Assembly (NCBI GenBank): GCA_964016885.1
Contig: OZ024742.1
Location: 184,760,001-184,824,000, forward strand
Reading direction: 5' to 3'
Source of the DNA: Eledone cirrhosa
Taxonomy: Eukaryota
Length of the DNA: 64,000 bases
A program made the translations under genes and the position numbers. Below are positions 21,101 to 33,100 of this stretch, one piece after another (within the stretch, counting starts at the first letter, position 1; each line of letters opens with the position of its first letter). The notes under the pieces are model-generated. The model saw only the letters and a program-made list of their open reading frames with translations. It ran no database searches and was not told where the DNA came from.

Positions 21101-24100
21101 GTTAAGTTGGGGTTGAGTTAAGTTGGGCTTATCTTAAGTTGGGGTTAATTTAAGATGGGGTTAGGTTAAGTTGGGGTTAAGTTAATTTGGGGTTAAGTTA
21201 AGTTGGGGTTAAGTTAAGTTGGGGTTATGTTAAGTTGGGGTTAAGTTAAGTTGAGGTTAACTTAAGTTGGGGTTAAGTTAAGTTGGGGTTAAGTTAAGTT
21301 GGGGCTAAGTTAAGTTGGGGCTAAGTTAAGTTGGGGTTAAGTTAAGTTGGGGTTAAGTTAAGTTGGGGTCAACTTAAGTTGGGGCTAAGTTAAGTTGGGG
21401 TTAAGTTAAGTTGGGGCTAAGTTAAGTTGGAGTTAAGTTAAGTTGGGGTTAAATTAAGTTGGGGTCAACGTAAGTTGGGGTTAAGTTAAGTTGGGGTTAA
21501 GTTAATTTGGGGGTAAGTTAAGTTGGGGTTAAGTTAAGTTGGGGTTAAGTTAAGTTGGGGTTAAGTTAAGTTGGGGCTGAGTTAAATTGGGGCTGTGTTA
21601 AGTTGGGGTTAAGTTAAGTTGGGGTTAAGTTAAGTTGGGGTTAAGTTAAGTTGGGGTTAAGTTAAGTTGGGGTTAAGTTGGGGTTAAATTAAGTTGGGGT
21701 TAATTTAAGTTGGGGTTAAGTTAAGTTGGGTTTAGGTTAAGTTGGGGTTGAGTTAAGTTGGGGTTAAGTTAAGTTGGGGTTAATTTAAGTTGGGGTTAAG
21801 TTAAGTTGGGGCTGAGTTAAGTTGGGGTTAAGTTAAGTTGGGGTTGAGTTAAGTTGGGGTTGAGTTAAGTTGGGGTTAAGTTAAGTTGGGGTTAAGTTAA
21901 GTTAGGGTTAACTTAAGTTGGGGTTAAGTTAAGTTTAGGTTAACTTAAGTTGGGGTTAAGTTAAGTTGGGGTTAAGTTAAGTTGGGGCTAAGTTAAGTTG
22001 GGGCTAAGTTAAGTTGGGGCTAAGTTAAGTTGGGGTTAAGTTAAGGTGGGGTTTAGTTAAGTTGGGGTTGAGTTAAGTTGGGGTTGAGTTAAGTTAGGGT
22101 TAAGTTAAGTTGGGGTTAAGTTAAGTTAGGGTTAACTTAAGTTGGGGTTAAGTTAAGTTGGGGTTGAGTTAAGTTGGGGTTTAATTAAGTTGGGGTTGAG
22201 TTAAGTTGGGGTTGAGTTAAGTTGGGCTTGAGTTAAGTTGGGGTTGAGTTAAGTTGGGCTTATCTTAAGTTGGGGTTAATTTAAGATGGGGTTAAGTTAA
22301 GTTGGGGTTAAGTTAATTTGGGGTTAAGTTAAGTTGGGGTTAAGTTAAGTTGGGGTTATGTTAAGTTGGGGTTAAGTTAAGTTGAGGTTAACTTAAGTTG
22401 GGGTTAAGTTAAGTTGGGGTTAAGTTAAGTTGGGGCTAAGTTAAGTTGGGGCTAAGTTAAGTTGGGGTTAAGTTAAGTTGGGGTTAAGTTAAGTTGGGGT
22501 CAACTTAAGTTGGGGCTAAGTTAAGTTGGGGTTAAGTTAAGTTGGGGCTAAGTTAAGTTGGAGTTAAGTTAAGTTGGGGTTAAATTAAGTTGGGGTCAAC
22601 GTAAGTTGGGGTTAAGTTAAGTTGGGGTTAAGTTAATTTGGGGGTAAGTTAAGTTGGGGTTAAGTTAAGTTGGGGTTAAGTTAAGTTGGGGTTAAGTTAA
22701 GTTGGGGCTGAGTTAAATTGGGGCTGTGTTAAGTTGGGGTTAAGTTAAGTTGGGGTTAAGTTAAGTTGGGGTTAAGTTAAGTTGGGGTTAAGTTGGGGTT
22801 AAATTAAGTTGGGGTTAATTTAAGTTGGGGTTAAGTTAAGTTGGGTTTAGGTTAAGTTGGGGTTGAGTTAAGTTGGGGTTAAGTTAAGTTGGGGTTAATT
22901 TAAGTTGGGGTTAAGTTAAGTTGGGGCTGAGTTAAGTTGGGGTTAAGTTAAGTTGGGGTTGAGTTAAGTTGGGGTTAAGTTAAGTTGGGGTTAAGTTAAG
23001 TCGGGGTTAAGTTAAGTTGGGGTTAAGTTAAGTTGGGGTTAAGTTAAGTTGGGGTTAAGTTAAGTTGGGGTTAAGTTAAGTTGGGGTTAAGATAAGTTGG
23101 GGTTAAGTTAAGTTGGGGTTGAGTTAAGTTGGGGTTGAGTTAATTTGGGGTTAAGTTAAGTTGGGGTTAACTTAAGTTGGGGTTCAGTTAAGTTGGCGTT
23201 CAATTAAGTTGCGGTGAAGTTAAGTTGGGGTTAACTTAAGTCGGGGTTAAGTTAAGTTGGGGTTAAGTTAAGTTGGGGTCAAGTTAAGTTGGGGTTAAGT
23301 TGGGGTTATGTTAAGTTGGGGTTAAGTTAAGTTGGGGTTAAGTTAAGTCGGGGTTAAGTTAAGTTGGGGTTAAGTTAAGTTGGGGTTAAGTTAAGTTGGG
23401 GTCAAGTTAAGTTGGGGTTAAGTTAAGTTGGGGTTAAGTTAAGTCGCGGTTAAGTTAAGTTGGGGTTAAGTTAAGATGGGGTTAAGTTAAGTTGGGGTTA
23501 AGTTAAGTTGGGGTTAAGATAAGTTGGGGTTAAGTTAAGTTGGGGTTGAGTTAAGTTGGGGTTGAGTTAATTGGGGTTAAGTTAAGTTGGGGTTAACTTA
23601 AGTTGGGTTTAAGTTAAGTTGGGGTTAAGTTAAGTTGGGGTTAAATTAAGTTGGGGTTAAGATAAGTTGGGGTTAAGTTAAGTCGGGGTTAAGTTAAGTC
23701 GGGGTTAAGTTAAGTTGGGGTTAAGTTAACTTGGTGTTAAGTTAAGTTGGGGCTCAGTTAAGTTGGGGTTGAGTTAAGTTGGGGTCAATTTAAGTTGGGA
23801 CTAAGCTAAGTTGGGGTTAAGTTAAGTTGGGGTTAAGTTAAGTTGGCGCTAAGTTTAGTGAAGGTTAAGTTAAGTTGGGGTTGAGTTAAGTTGGGGTTAA
23901 GTTAAGTTGGGGTTAAGTTAAGTTAGGGTTAAGTTAAGCTTGGGTTAAGTTAAGTTGGGGTTGAGTTAATTTGGGGTTGAGTTAAGTTGGGGTTGAGTTA
24001 AGTTGGGGTTGAGTTAAGTTGGGGTTAAGTTAAGTTGGGGTTAACTTAAGTTGGGGTTAAGTTAAGTTGGGGTCAATTTAAGTTGAGGTTAAGTTAACTT

Positions 24101-27100
24101 GGGATTAAGTTAAGTTGGGGTTAACTTAAATTGAGGTTAAGTTAAGTTGGGGTTAAGTTAAGTTGGGGGTAAGTTAAGTTGGGGGTAAGTTAAGTTTGGG
24201 TTAAGTTGGGGTTAAGTTAAGTTAGGGTTAAGTTACGTTGGGGTTGAGTTAAGTTGGGGTTAATTTAAATTGGGGTTAAGTTAACTTTGTTGTTCAGTTA
24301 AGTTGGGGTTAAGTTAAGTTGGGGCTTATTTAAGTTGGGGTTAAGTTAAGTTGTGGTTAAGTTAAGTTGGGGTTAAGTTAAGTTGGGGTTAAGTTAAGTT
24401 GGGGTTAAGTTAAGTTGGGGTTAAATTAAGCTGGGTTGAAGTTAAGTTGGGGTTAAGTTATGTTGGGGTTAAGTTAAGTTGGGGTTAAGTTAAGTTGGGG
24501 TTAAGTTAAGTCGGGGTTAAGTTAATTTGGGGTTCAGTTAAGTTGGGGTTAAGTTAAGTTGGGGCTTATTTAAGTTGGGGTTAAGTTAAGTTGTGGTTAA
24601 GTTAAGTTGGGGTTAAGTTAAGTCGGGGTTAAGTTAAGTCGGGGTTAAGTTAAGTTGTGGTTAAGTTAAGTTGGGGTTAAGTTAAGTTGGGGTTAAGTTA
24701 AGTTAGGGATAAGCTAAGTTGGCGTTAAGTTAAGTTGGGGTTAAGTTAAGTTGGGGTTAAGTTAAGTTGTGGTTAAGTTAAGTTGGGGCTGAGTTAAGTT
24801 GGGGTCAAGTTAAGTTGGGGTTGAGTTAAGTTGGGGTTAAGTTAACTTGGGGTTAATTTAAGTTGGGGTTAAGTCAAATTGGGTTTGAGTTAAGTTAGGG
24901 TTAAGTTAAGTTGGGGTTAAGTTAAGTTGGGGTTAAGTTAAGTAGGGGTTAAGTTAAGTTGGGGTTAAATTAAGCTGGGTTTAAGTTAAGTTGGGGTTAA
25001 GTTAAGTTGGGGTTAAGTTAAGTTGGGGTTAAGTTAAGTTGAGGTTAAGTTAAGTTGGGGTTAAATTCAGTTGGGGTTAACTTAAGTTGGGGTTAAGTTA
25101 AGTTGGGGTTAAGTTAAGTTGAGTTTAAGTTAAGTTGGAGTTAATTTAAGTTGAGGTTAAGTTAAGTTGTGGTAAAGTTAAGTTGGGGTTAAGTTAAGTT
25201 GGGGTTAAGTTAAGTTGGGGTTCAGTTAAGTTGGGGTTAAGTTAAGTAGGGGTTCAGTTGGGGTTAAATTAAGTTGGGGTTAAGTTAAGTTGGGGTTAAG
25301 TTAAGTTGGGGTTAAGTTAAGTTGGGGTTAAGTTAAGTTGGGGTTAAGTTAAGTTGGGGTTGAGTTAAGTTGGGGTTAAGTTAAGTCGGGGTTAAGTTAA
25401 GTTGGGGTTAAGTTAAGTTGGGGTTAAGTTAAGTTGGGGTTAAGTTAAGTTGGGGTTGAGTTAAGTTGGGGTTAAGTTAAGTCGGGGTTAAGTTAAGTTG
25501 GGGTTAAGTTAAGTTGGGGTTAAGTTAAGTTGGGGTTAAGTTAAGTTCGGGTTAAGATAAGTTGGGGTTAAGTTAAGTTGGGGTTGAGTTAAGTTGGGGT
25601 TGAGTTAATTTGGGGTTAAGTTAAGTTGGGGTTAACTTAAGTTGGGGTTAAGTTAAGTTGGCGTTCAGTTAAGTTGCGGTTAAGTTAAGTTGGGGTTAAC
25701 TTAAGTCGGGTTTAAGTTAAGTTGGGGTTAAGTTAAGTTGAGGTCAAGTTAAGTTGGGGTTAAGTTAAGTTGGGGTTAAGTTAAGTTGGGGTTAAGTTAA
25801 GTCGGGGTTAAGTTAAGTTGGGGTTAAGTTAAGTTGGGGTTAAGTTAAGTTGGGGTCAAGTTAAGTTGGGGTTAAGTTAAGTTGGGGTTAAGTTAAGTTG
25901 GGGTTAAGTTAAGTCGCGGTTAAGTTAAGTTGGGGTTAAGCTAAGATGGGGTTAAGTTAAGTTGTGGTTAAGTTAAGTTGGGGTTAAGATAAGTTGGGGT
26001 TAAGTTAAGTTGCGGTTGAGTTAAGTTGGGGTTGAGTTAATTGGGGTTAAGTTAAGTTGGGGTTAACTTAAGTTGGGTTTAAGTTAAGTTGGGGTTAAGT
26101 TAAGTTGGGGTTAAATTAAGTTGGGGTTATGATAAGTTGGGGTTAAGTTAAGTCGGGGTTAAGTTATGTCGGGGTTAAGTTAAGTTGGGGTTAAGTTAAC
26201 TTGGTGTTAAGTTAAGTTGGGGTTCAGTTAAGTTGGGGTTGAGTTAAGTTGGGGGTCAAGTTAAGTTGGGGTTAAGCTAAGTTGGGGTTAAGTTAAGTTG
26301 GGGTTAAGTTAAGTTGGGGTTAATTTAAGTTTTGGTTAAGTTAAGTTGGGGTTAACTTAAGTTGGGGTTAAGTTAAGTTGGCGTTCAGTTAAGTTGCGGT
26401 TAAGTTAAGTTGGGGTTAACTTAAGTCGGGGTTAAATTAAGTTGGGATTAAGTTAAGTTGGGGTCAAGTTAAGTTGGGGTTAAGTTAAGTTGGGGTTAAG
26501 TTAAGTTGGGGTTAAGTTAAGTCGGGGTTAAGTTAAGTTGGGGTTAAGTTAAGTTGGGGTTAAGTTAAGTTGGGGTCAAGTTAAGTTGGGGTTAAGTTAA
26601 GTTGGGGTTAAGTTAAGTTGGGGTTAAGTTAAGTCGCGGTTAGTTAAGTTGGGGTTAAGTTAAGATGGGGTTAAGTTAAGTTGTGGTTAAGTTAAGTTGG
26701 GGTTAAGCTAAGTTGGGGTTAAGTTAAGTTGCGGTTGAGTTAAGTTAGGTTTGAGTTAATTGGGGTTAAGTTAAGTTGGGGCTAAGTTAAGTTGGGGCTA
26801 AGTTAAGTTGGGGCTAAGTTAAGTTGGGGTTAAGTTAAGGTGGGGTTTAGTTAAGTTGGGGTTGAGTTAAGTTGGGGTTGAGTTAAGTTGGGGTTAAGTT
26901 AAGTTGGGGTTAAGTTAAGTTAGGGTTAACTTAAGTTGGGGTTAAGTTAAGTTTAGGTTAACTTAAGTTGGGGTTAAGTTAAGTTGGGGTTAAGTTAAGT
27001 TGGGGCTAAGTTAAGTTGGGGCTAAGTTAAGTTGGGGCTAAGTTAAGTTGGGGTTAAGTTAAGGTGGGGTTTAGTTAAGTTGGGGTTGAGTTAAGTTGGG

Positions 27101-30100
27101 GTTGAGTTAAGTTAGGGTTAAGTTAAGTTGGGGTTAAGTTAAGTTAGGGTTAACTTAAGTTGGGGTTAAGTTAAGTTGGGGTTGAGTTAAGTTGGGGTTT
27201 AATTAAGTTGGGGTTGAGTTAAGTTGGGGTTGAGTTAAGTTGGGCTTGAGTTAAGTTGGGGTTGAGTTAAGTTGGGCTTATCTTAAGTTGGGGTTAATTT
27301 AAGATGGGGTTAGGTTAAGTTGGGGTTAAGTTAATTTGGGGTTAAGTTAAGTTGGGGTTAAGTTAAGTTGGGGTTATGTTAAGTTGGGGTTAAGTTAAGT
27401 TGAGGTTAACTTAAGTTGGGGTTAAGTTAAGTTGGGGTTAAGTTAAGTTGGGGCTAAGTTAAGTTGGGGCTAAGTTAAGTTGGGGTTAAGTTAAGTTGGG
27501 GTTAAGTTAAGTTGGGGTCAACTTAAGTTGGGGCTAAGTTAAGTTGGGTTTAAGTTAAGTTGGGGCTAAGTTAAGTTGGAGTTAAGTTAAGTTGGGGTTA
27601 AATTAAGTTGGGGTCAACGTAAGTTGGGGTTAAGTTAAGTTGGGGTTAAGTTAATTTGGGGGTAAGTTAAGTTGGGGTTAAGTTAAGTTGGGGTTAAGTT
27701 AAGTTGGGGTAAAGTTAAGTTGGGGCTGAGTTAAATTGGGGCTGTGTTAAGTTGGGGTTAAGTTAAGTTGGGGTTAAGTTAAGTTGGGGTTAAGTTAAGT
27801 TGGGGTTAAGTTAAGTTGGGGTTAAGTTGGGGTTAAATTAAGTTGGGGTTAATTTAAGTTGGGGTTAAGTTAAGTTGGGTTTAGGTTAAGTTGGGGTTGA
27901 GTTAAGTTGGGGTTAAGTTAAGTTGGGGTTAATTTAAGTTGGGGTTAAGTTAAGTTGGGGCTGAGTTAAGTTGGGGTTAAGTTAAGTTGGGGTTGAGTTA
28001 AGTTGGGGTTAAGTTAAGTTGGAGTTAAGTTAAGTCGGGGTTAAGTTAAGTTGGGGTTAAGTTAAGTTGGGGTTAAGTTAAGTTGGGGTTAAGTTAAGTT
28101 GGGGTTAAGTTAAGTTGGGGTTAAGATAAGTTGGGGTTAAGTTAAGTTGGGGTTGAGTTAAGTTGGGGTTGAGTTAATTTGGGGTTAAGTTAAGTTGGGG
28201 TTAACTTAAGTTGGGGTTCAGTTAAGTTGGCGTTCAGTTAAGTTGCGGTGAAGTTAAGTTGGGGTTAACTTAAGTCGGGGTTAAGTTAAGTTGGGGTCAA
28301 GTTAAGTTGGGGTCAAGTTAAGTTGGGGTTAAGTTAAGTTGGAGTTATGTTAAGTTGGGGTTAAGTTAAGTTGGGGTTAAGTTAAGTCGGGGTTAAGTTA
28401 AGTTGGGGTTAAGTTAAGTTGGGGATAAGTTAAGTTGGGGTCAAGTTAAGTTGGGGTTAAGTTAAGTTGGGGTTAAGTTAAGTCGCGGTTAAGTTAAGTT
28501 GGGGTTAAGTTAAGATGGGGTTAAGTTAAGTTGGGGTTAAGTTAAGTTGGGGTTAAGATAAGTTGGGGTTAAGTTAAGTTGGGGTTGAGTTAAGTTGGGG
28601 TTGAGTTAATTGGGGTTAAGTTAAGTTGGGGTTAACTTAAGTTGGGTTTAAGTTAAGTTGGGGTTAAGTTAAGTTGGGGTTAAATTAAGTTGGGGTTAAG
28701 ATAAGTTGGGGTTAAGTTAAGTCGGGGTTAAGTTAAGTCGGGGTTAAGTTAAGTTGGGGTTAAGTTAACTTGGTGTTAAGTTAAGTTGGGGCTCAGTTAA
28801 GTTGGGGTTGAGTTAAGTTGGGGTCAATTTAAGTTGGGACTAAGCTAAGTTGGGGTTAAGTTAAGTTGGGGTTAAGTTAAGTTGGCGCTAAGTTTAGTGA
28901 AGGTTAAGTTAAGTTGGGGTTGAGTTAAGTTGGGGTTAAGTTAAGTTGGGGTTAAGTTAAGTTAGGGTTAAGTTAAGCTTGGGTTAAGTTAAGTTGGGGT
29001 TGAGTTAATTTGGGGTTGAGTTAAGTTGGGGTTGAGTTAAGTTGGGGTTGAGTTAAGTTGGGGTTAAGTTAAGTTGGGGTTAACTTAAGTTGGTGTTAAG
29101 TTAAGTTGGGGTCAATTTAAGTTGAGGTTAAGTTAACTTGGGATTAAGTTAAGTTGGGGTTAACTTAAATTGAGGTTAAGATAAGTTGGGGTTAAGTTAA
29201 GTTGGGGGTAAGTTAAGTTGGGGGTAAGTTAAGTTTGGGTTAAGTTGGGGTTAAGTTAAGTTAGGGTTAAGTTACGTTGGGGTTGAGTTAAGTTGGGGTT
29301 AATTTAAATTGGGGTTAAGTTAACTTTGTGGTTCAGTTAAGTTGGGGTTAAGTTAAGTTGGGGCTTATTTAAGTTGGGGTTAAGTTAAGTTGTGGTTAAG
29401 TTAAGTTGGGGTTAAGTTAAGTTGGGGTTAAGTTAAGTTGGGGTTAAGTTAAGTTGGGGTTAAATTAAGCTGGGTTGAAGTTAAGTTGGGGTTAAGTTAA
29501 GTTGGGGTTAAGTTAAGTTGGGGTTAAGTTAAGTTGGGGTTAAGTTAAGTCGGGGTTAAGTTAATTTGGGGTTCAGTTAAGTTGGGGTTAAGTTAAGTTG
29601 GGGCTTATTTAAGTTGGGGTTAAGTTAAGTTGTGGTTAAGTTAAGTTGGGGTTAAGTTAAGTCGGGGTTAAGTTAAGTCGGGGTTAAGTTATAATGTGGT
29701 TAAGTTAAGTTGGGGTTAAGTTAAGTTGGGGTTAAGTTAAGTTAGGGATAAGCTAAGTTGGCGTTAAGTTAAGTTGGGGTTAAGTTAAGTTGGGGTTAAG
29801 TTAAGTTGAGGTTAAGTTAAGTTGGGGTTAAATTCAGTTGGGGTTAACTTAAGTTGTGGTAAAGTTAAGTTGGGGTTAAGTTAAGTTGGGGTTAAGTTAA
29901 GTTGGGGTTCAGTTAAGTTGGGGTTAAGTTAAGTAGGGGTTCAGTTGGGGTTAAATTAAGTTGGGGTTAAGTTAAGTTGGGGTTAAGTTAAGTTGGGGTT
30001 AAGTTAAGTTGGGGTTAAGTTAAGTTGGGGTTAAGTTAAGTTGGGGTTGAGTTAAGTTGGGGTTAAGTTAAGTCGGGGTTAAGTTAAGTTGGGGTTAAGT

Positions 30101-33100
30101 TAAGTTGGGGTTAAGTTAAGTTGGGGTTAAGTTAAGTTGGGGTTGAGTTAAGTTGGGGTTAAGTTAAGTTGGGTTTAAGTTAAGTTGGGGTTAAGTTAAG
30201 TTGGGGTTAAGTTAAGGTGGGGTTAAGTTAAGTTCGGGTTAAGTTAAGTCGGGGTTAAGTTAAGTTGGGGTTAAGTTAAGTTGGGGTTAAGTTAAGTTGG
30301 GGTTAAGTTAAGTTCGGGTTAAGATAAGTTGGGGTTAAGTTAAGTTGGGGTTGAGTTAAGTTGGGGTTGAGTTAATTTGGGGTTAAGTTAAGTTGGGGTT
30401 AACTTAAGTTGGGGTTAAGTTAAGTTGGCGTTCAGTTAAGTTGCGGTTAAGTTAAGTTGGGGTTAACTTAAGTCGGGTTTAAGTTAAGTTGGGGTTAAGT
30501 TAAGTTGGGGTCAAGTTAAGTTGGGGTTAAGTTAAGTTGGGGTTAAGTTAAGTTGGGGTTAAGTTAAGTCGGGGTTAAGTTAAGTTGGGGTTAAGTTAAT
30601 TGGGGTTAAGTTAAGTTGGGGTCAAGTTAAGTTGGGGTTAAGTTAAGTTAGGGTTAAGTTAAGCTTGGGTTAAATTAAGTTGGGGTTGAGTTAATTTGGG
30701 GTTGAGTTAAGTTGGGGTTGAGTTAAGTTGGGGTTGAGTTAAGTTGGGGTTAAGTTAAGTTGGGGTTAACTTACGTTGGGGTTAAGTTAAGTTGGGGTCA
30801 ATTTAAGTTGAGGTTAAGTTAACTTGGGATTAAGTTAAGTTGGGGTTAACTTAAATTGAGGTTAAGTTAAGTTGGGGTTAAGTTAAGTTGGGGGTAAGTT
30901 AAGTTGGGGGTAAGTTAAGTTTGGGTTAAGTTGGGGTTAAGTTAAGTTAGGGTTAAGTTACGTTGGGGTTGAGTTAAGTTGGGGTTAATTTAAATTGGGG
31001 TTAAGTTAACTTTGTGGTTAAGTTAAGTTGGGGTTAAGTTAAGTTGAGGTTAAGTTAATTTGAGGTTAAGTTAAGTTGGGGTTAAGTTAAGTTGGGGTTA
31101 AATTAAGCTGGGTTGAAGTTAAGTTGGGGTTAAGTTAAGTTGGGGTTAAGTTAAGTTGGGGTTGAGTTAAGTTGGGGTTAAGTTAAGTTGGGTTTAAGTT
31201 AATTTGAGGTTAAGTTAAGTTGGGGTTAAGTTAAGTCGGGGTTAAGTTAAGTTGGGGTTAAGTTAAGTAGGGGTTAAGTTAAGTTGGGGTCAAGTTAAGT
31301 TGGGGTTAAGTTAAGTTGGGGTTAAGTTAAGTTGGGGTTAAGTTAAGTCGCGGTTAGTTAAGTTGGGGTTAAGTTAAGATGGGGTTAAGTTAAGTTGTGG
31401 TTAAGTTAAGTTGGGGTTAAGTTAAGTTGCGGTTGAGTTAAGTTAGGGTTGAGTTAATTGGGGTTAAGTTAAGTTGGGGCTAAGTTAAGTTGGGGCTAAG
31501 TTAAGTTGGGGTTAAGTTAAGTTGGGGTTAAGTTAAGTTGAGGTTAAGTTAAGTTGGGGTTAAATTCAGTTGGGGTTAAGTTAAGTTTAGGTTAACTTAA
31601 GTTGGGGTTAAGTTAATTTGGGGTTAAGTTAAGTTGGGGCTAAGTTAAGTTGGGGCTAAGTTAAGTTGGGGTTAAGTTAAGTTGGGGTTAAGTTAAGTTG
31701 AGGTTAAGTTAAGTTGGGGTTAAATTCAGTTGGGGTTAACTTAAGTTGGGGTTAAGTTAAGTTGGGGTTAAGTTAAGTTGAGTTTAAGTTAAGTTGGAGT
31801 TAATTTAAGTTGAGGTTAAGTTAAGTTGTGGTAAAGTTAAGTTGGGGTTAAGTTAAGTTGGGGTTAAGTTAAGTTGGGGTTCAGTTAAGTTGGGGTTAAG
31901 TTAAGTAGGGGTTCAGTTGGGGTTAAATTAAGTTGGGGTTAAGTTAAGTTGGGGTTAAGTTAAGTTGGGGTTAAGTTAAGTTGGGGTTAAGTTAAGTTGG
32001 GGTTAAGTTAAGTTGGGGTTGAGTTAAGTTGGGGTTAAGTTAAGTCGGGGTTAAGTTAAGTTGGGGTTAAGTTAAGTTGGGGTTAAGTTAAGTTGGGGTT
32101 AAGTTAAGTTGGGGTTGAGTTAAGTTGGGGTTAAGTTAAGTCGGGGTTAAGTTAAGTTGGGGTTAAGTTAAGTTGGGGTTAAGTTAAGTTGGGGTTAAGT
32201 TAAGTTCGGGTTAAGATAAGTTGGGGTTAAGTTAAGTTGGGGTTGAGTTAAGTTGGGGTTGAGTTAATTTGGGGTTAAGTTAAGTTGGGGTTAACTTAAG
32301 TTGGGGTTAAGTTAAGTTGGCGTTCAGTTAAGTTGCGGTTAAGTTAAGTTGGGGTTAACTTAAGTCGGGTTTAAGTTAAGTTGGGGTTAAGTTAAGTTGG
32401 GGTCAAGTTAAGTTGGGGTTAAGTTAAGTTGGGGTTAAGTTAAGTTGGGGTTAAGTTAAGTCGGGGTTAAGTTAAGTTGGGGTTAAGTTAAGTTGGGGTT
32501 AAGTTAAGTTGGGGTCAAGTTAAGTCGGGGTTAAGTTAAGTTGGGGTTAAGTTAAGTTGGGGTTAAGTTAAGTCGCGGTTAAGTTAAGTTGGGGTTAAGT
32601 TAAGATGGGGTTAAGTTAAGTTGTGGTTAAGTTAAGTTGGGGTTAAGATAAGTTGGGGTTAAGTTAAGTTGCGGTTGAGTTAAGTTGGGGTTGAGTTAAT
32701 TGGGGTTAAGTTAAGTTGGGGTTAACTTAAGTTGGGTTTAAGTTAAGTTGGGGTTAAGTTAAGTTGGGGTTAAATTAAGTTGGGGTTATGATAAGTTGGG
32801 GTTAAGTTAAGTCGGGGTTAAGTTATGTCGGGGTTAAGTTAAGTTGGGGTTAAGTTAACTTGGTGTTAAGTTAAGTTGGGGTTCAGTTAAGTTGGGGTTG
32901 AGTTAAGTTGGGGGTCAAGTTAAGTTGGGGTTAAGCTAAGTTGGGGTTAAGTTAAGTTGGGGTTAAGTTAAGTTGGGGTTAATTTAAGTTTTGGTTAAGT
33001 TAAGTTGGGGTTAACTTAAGTTGGGGTTAAGTTAAGTTGGCGTTCAGTTAAGTTGCGGTTAAGTTAAGTTGGGGTTAACTTAAGTCGGGGTTAAGTTAAG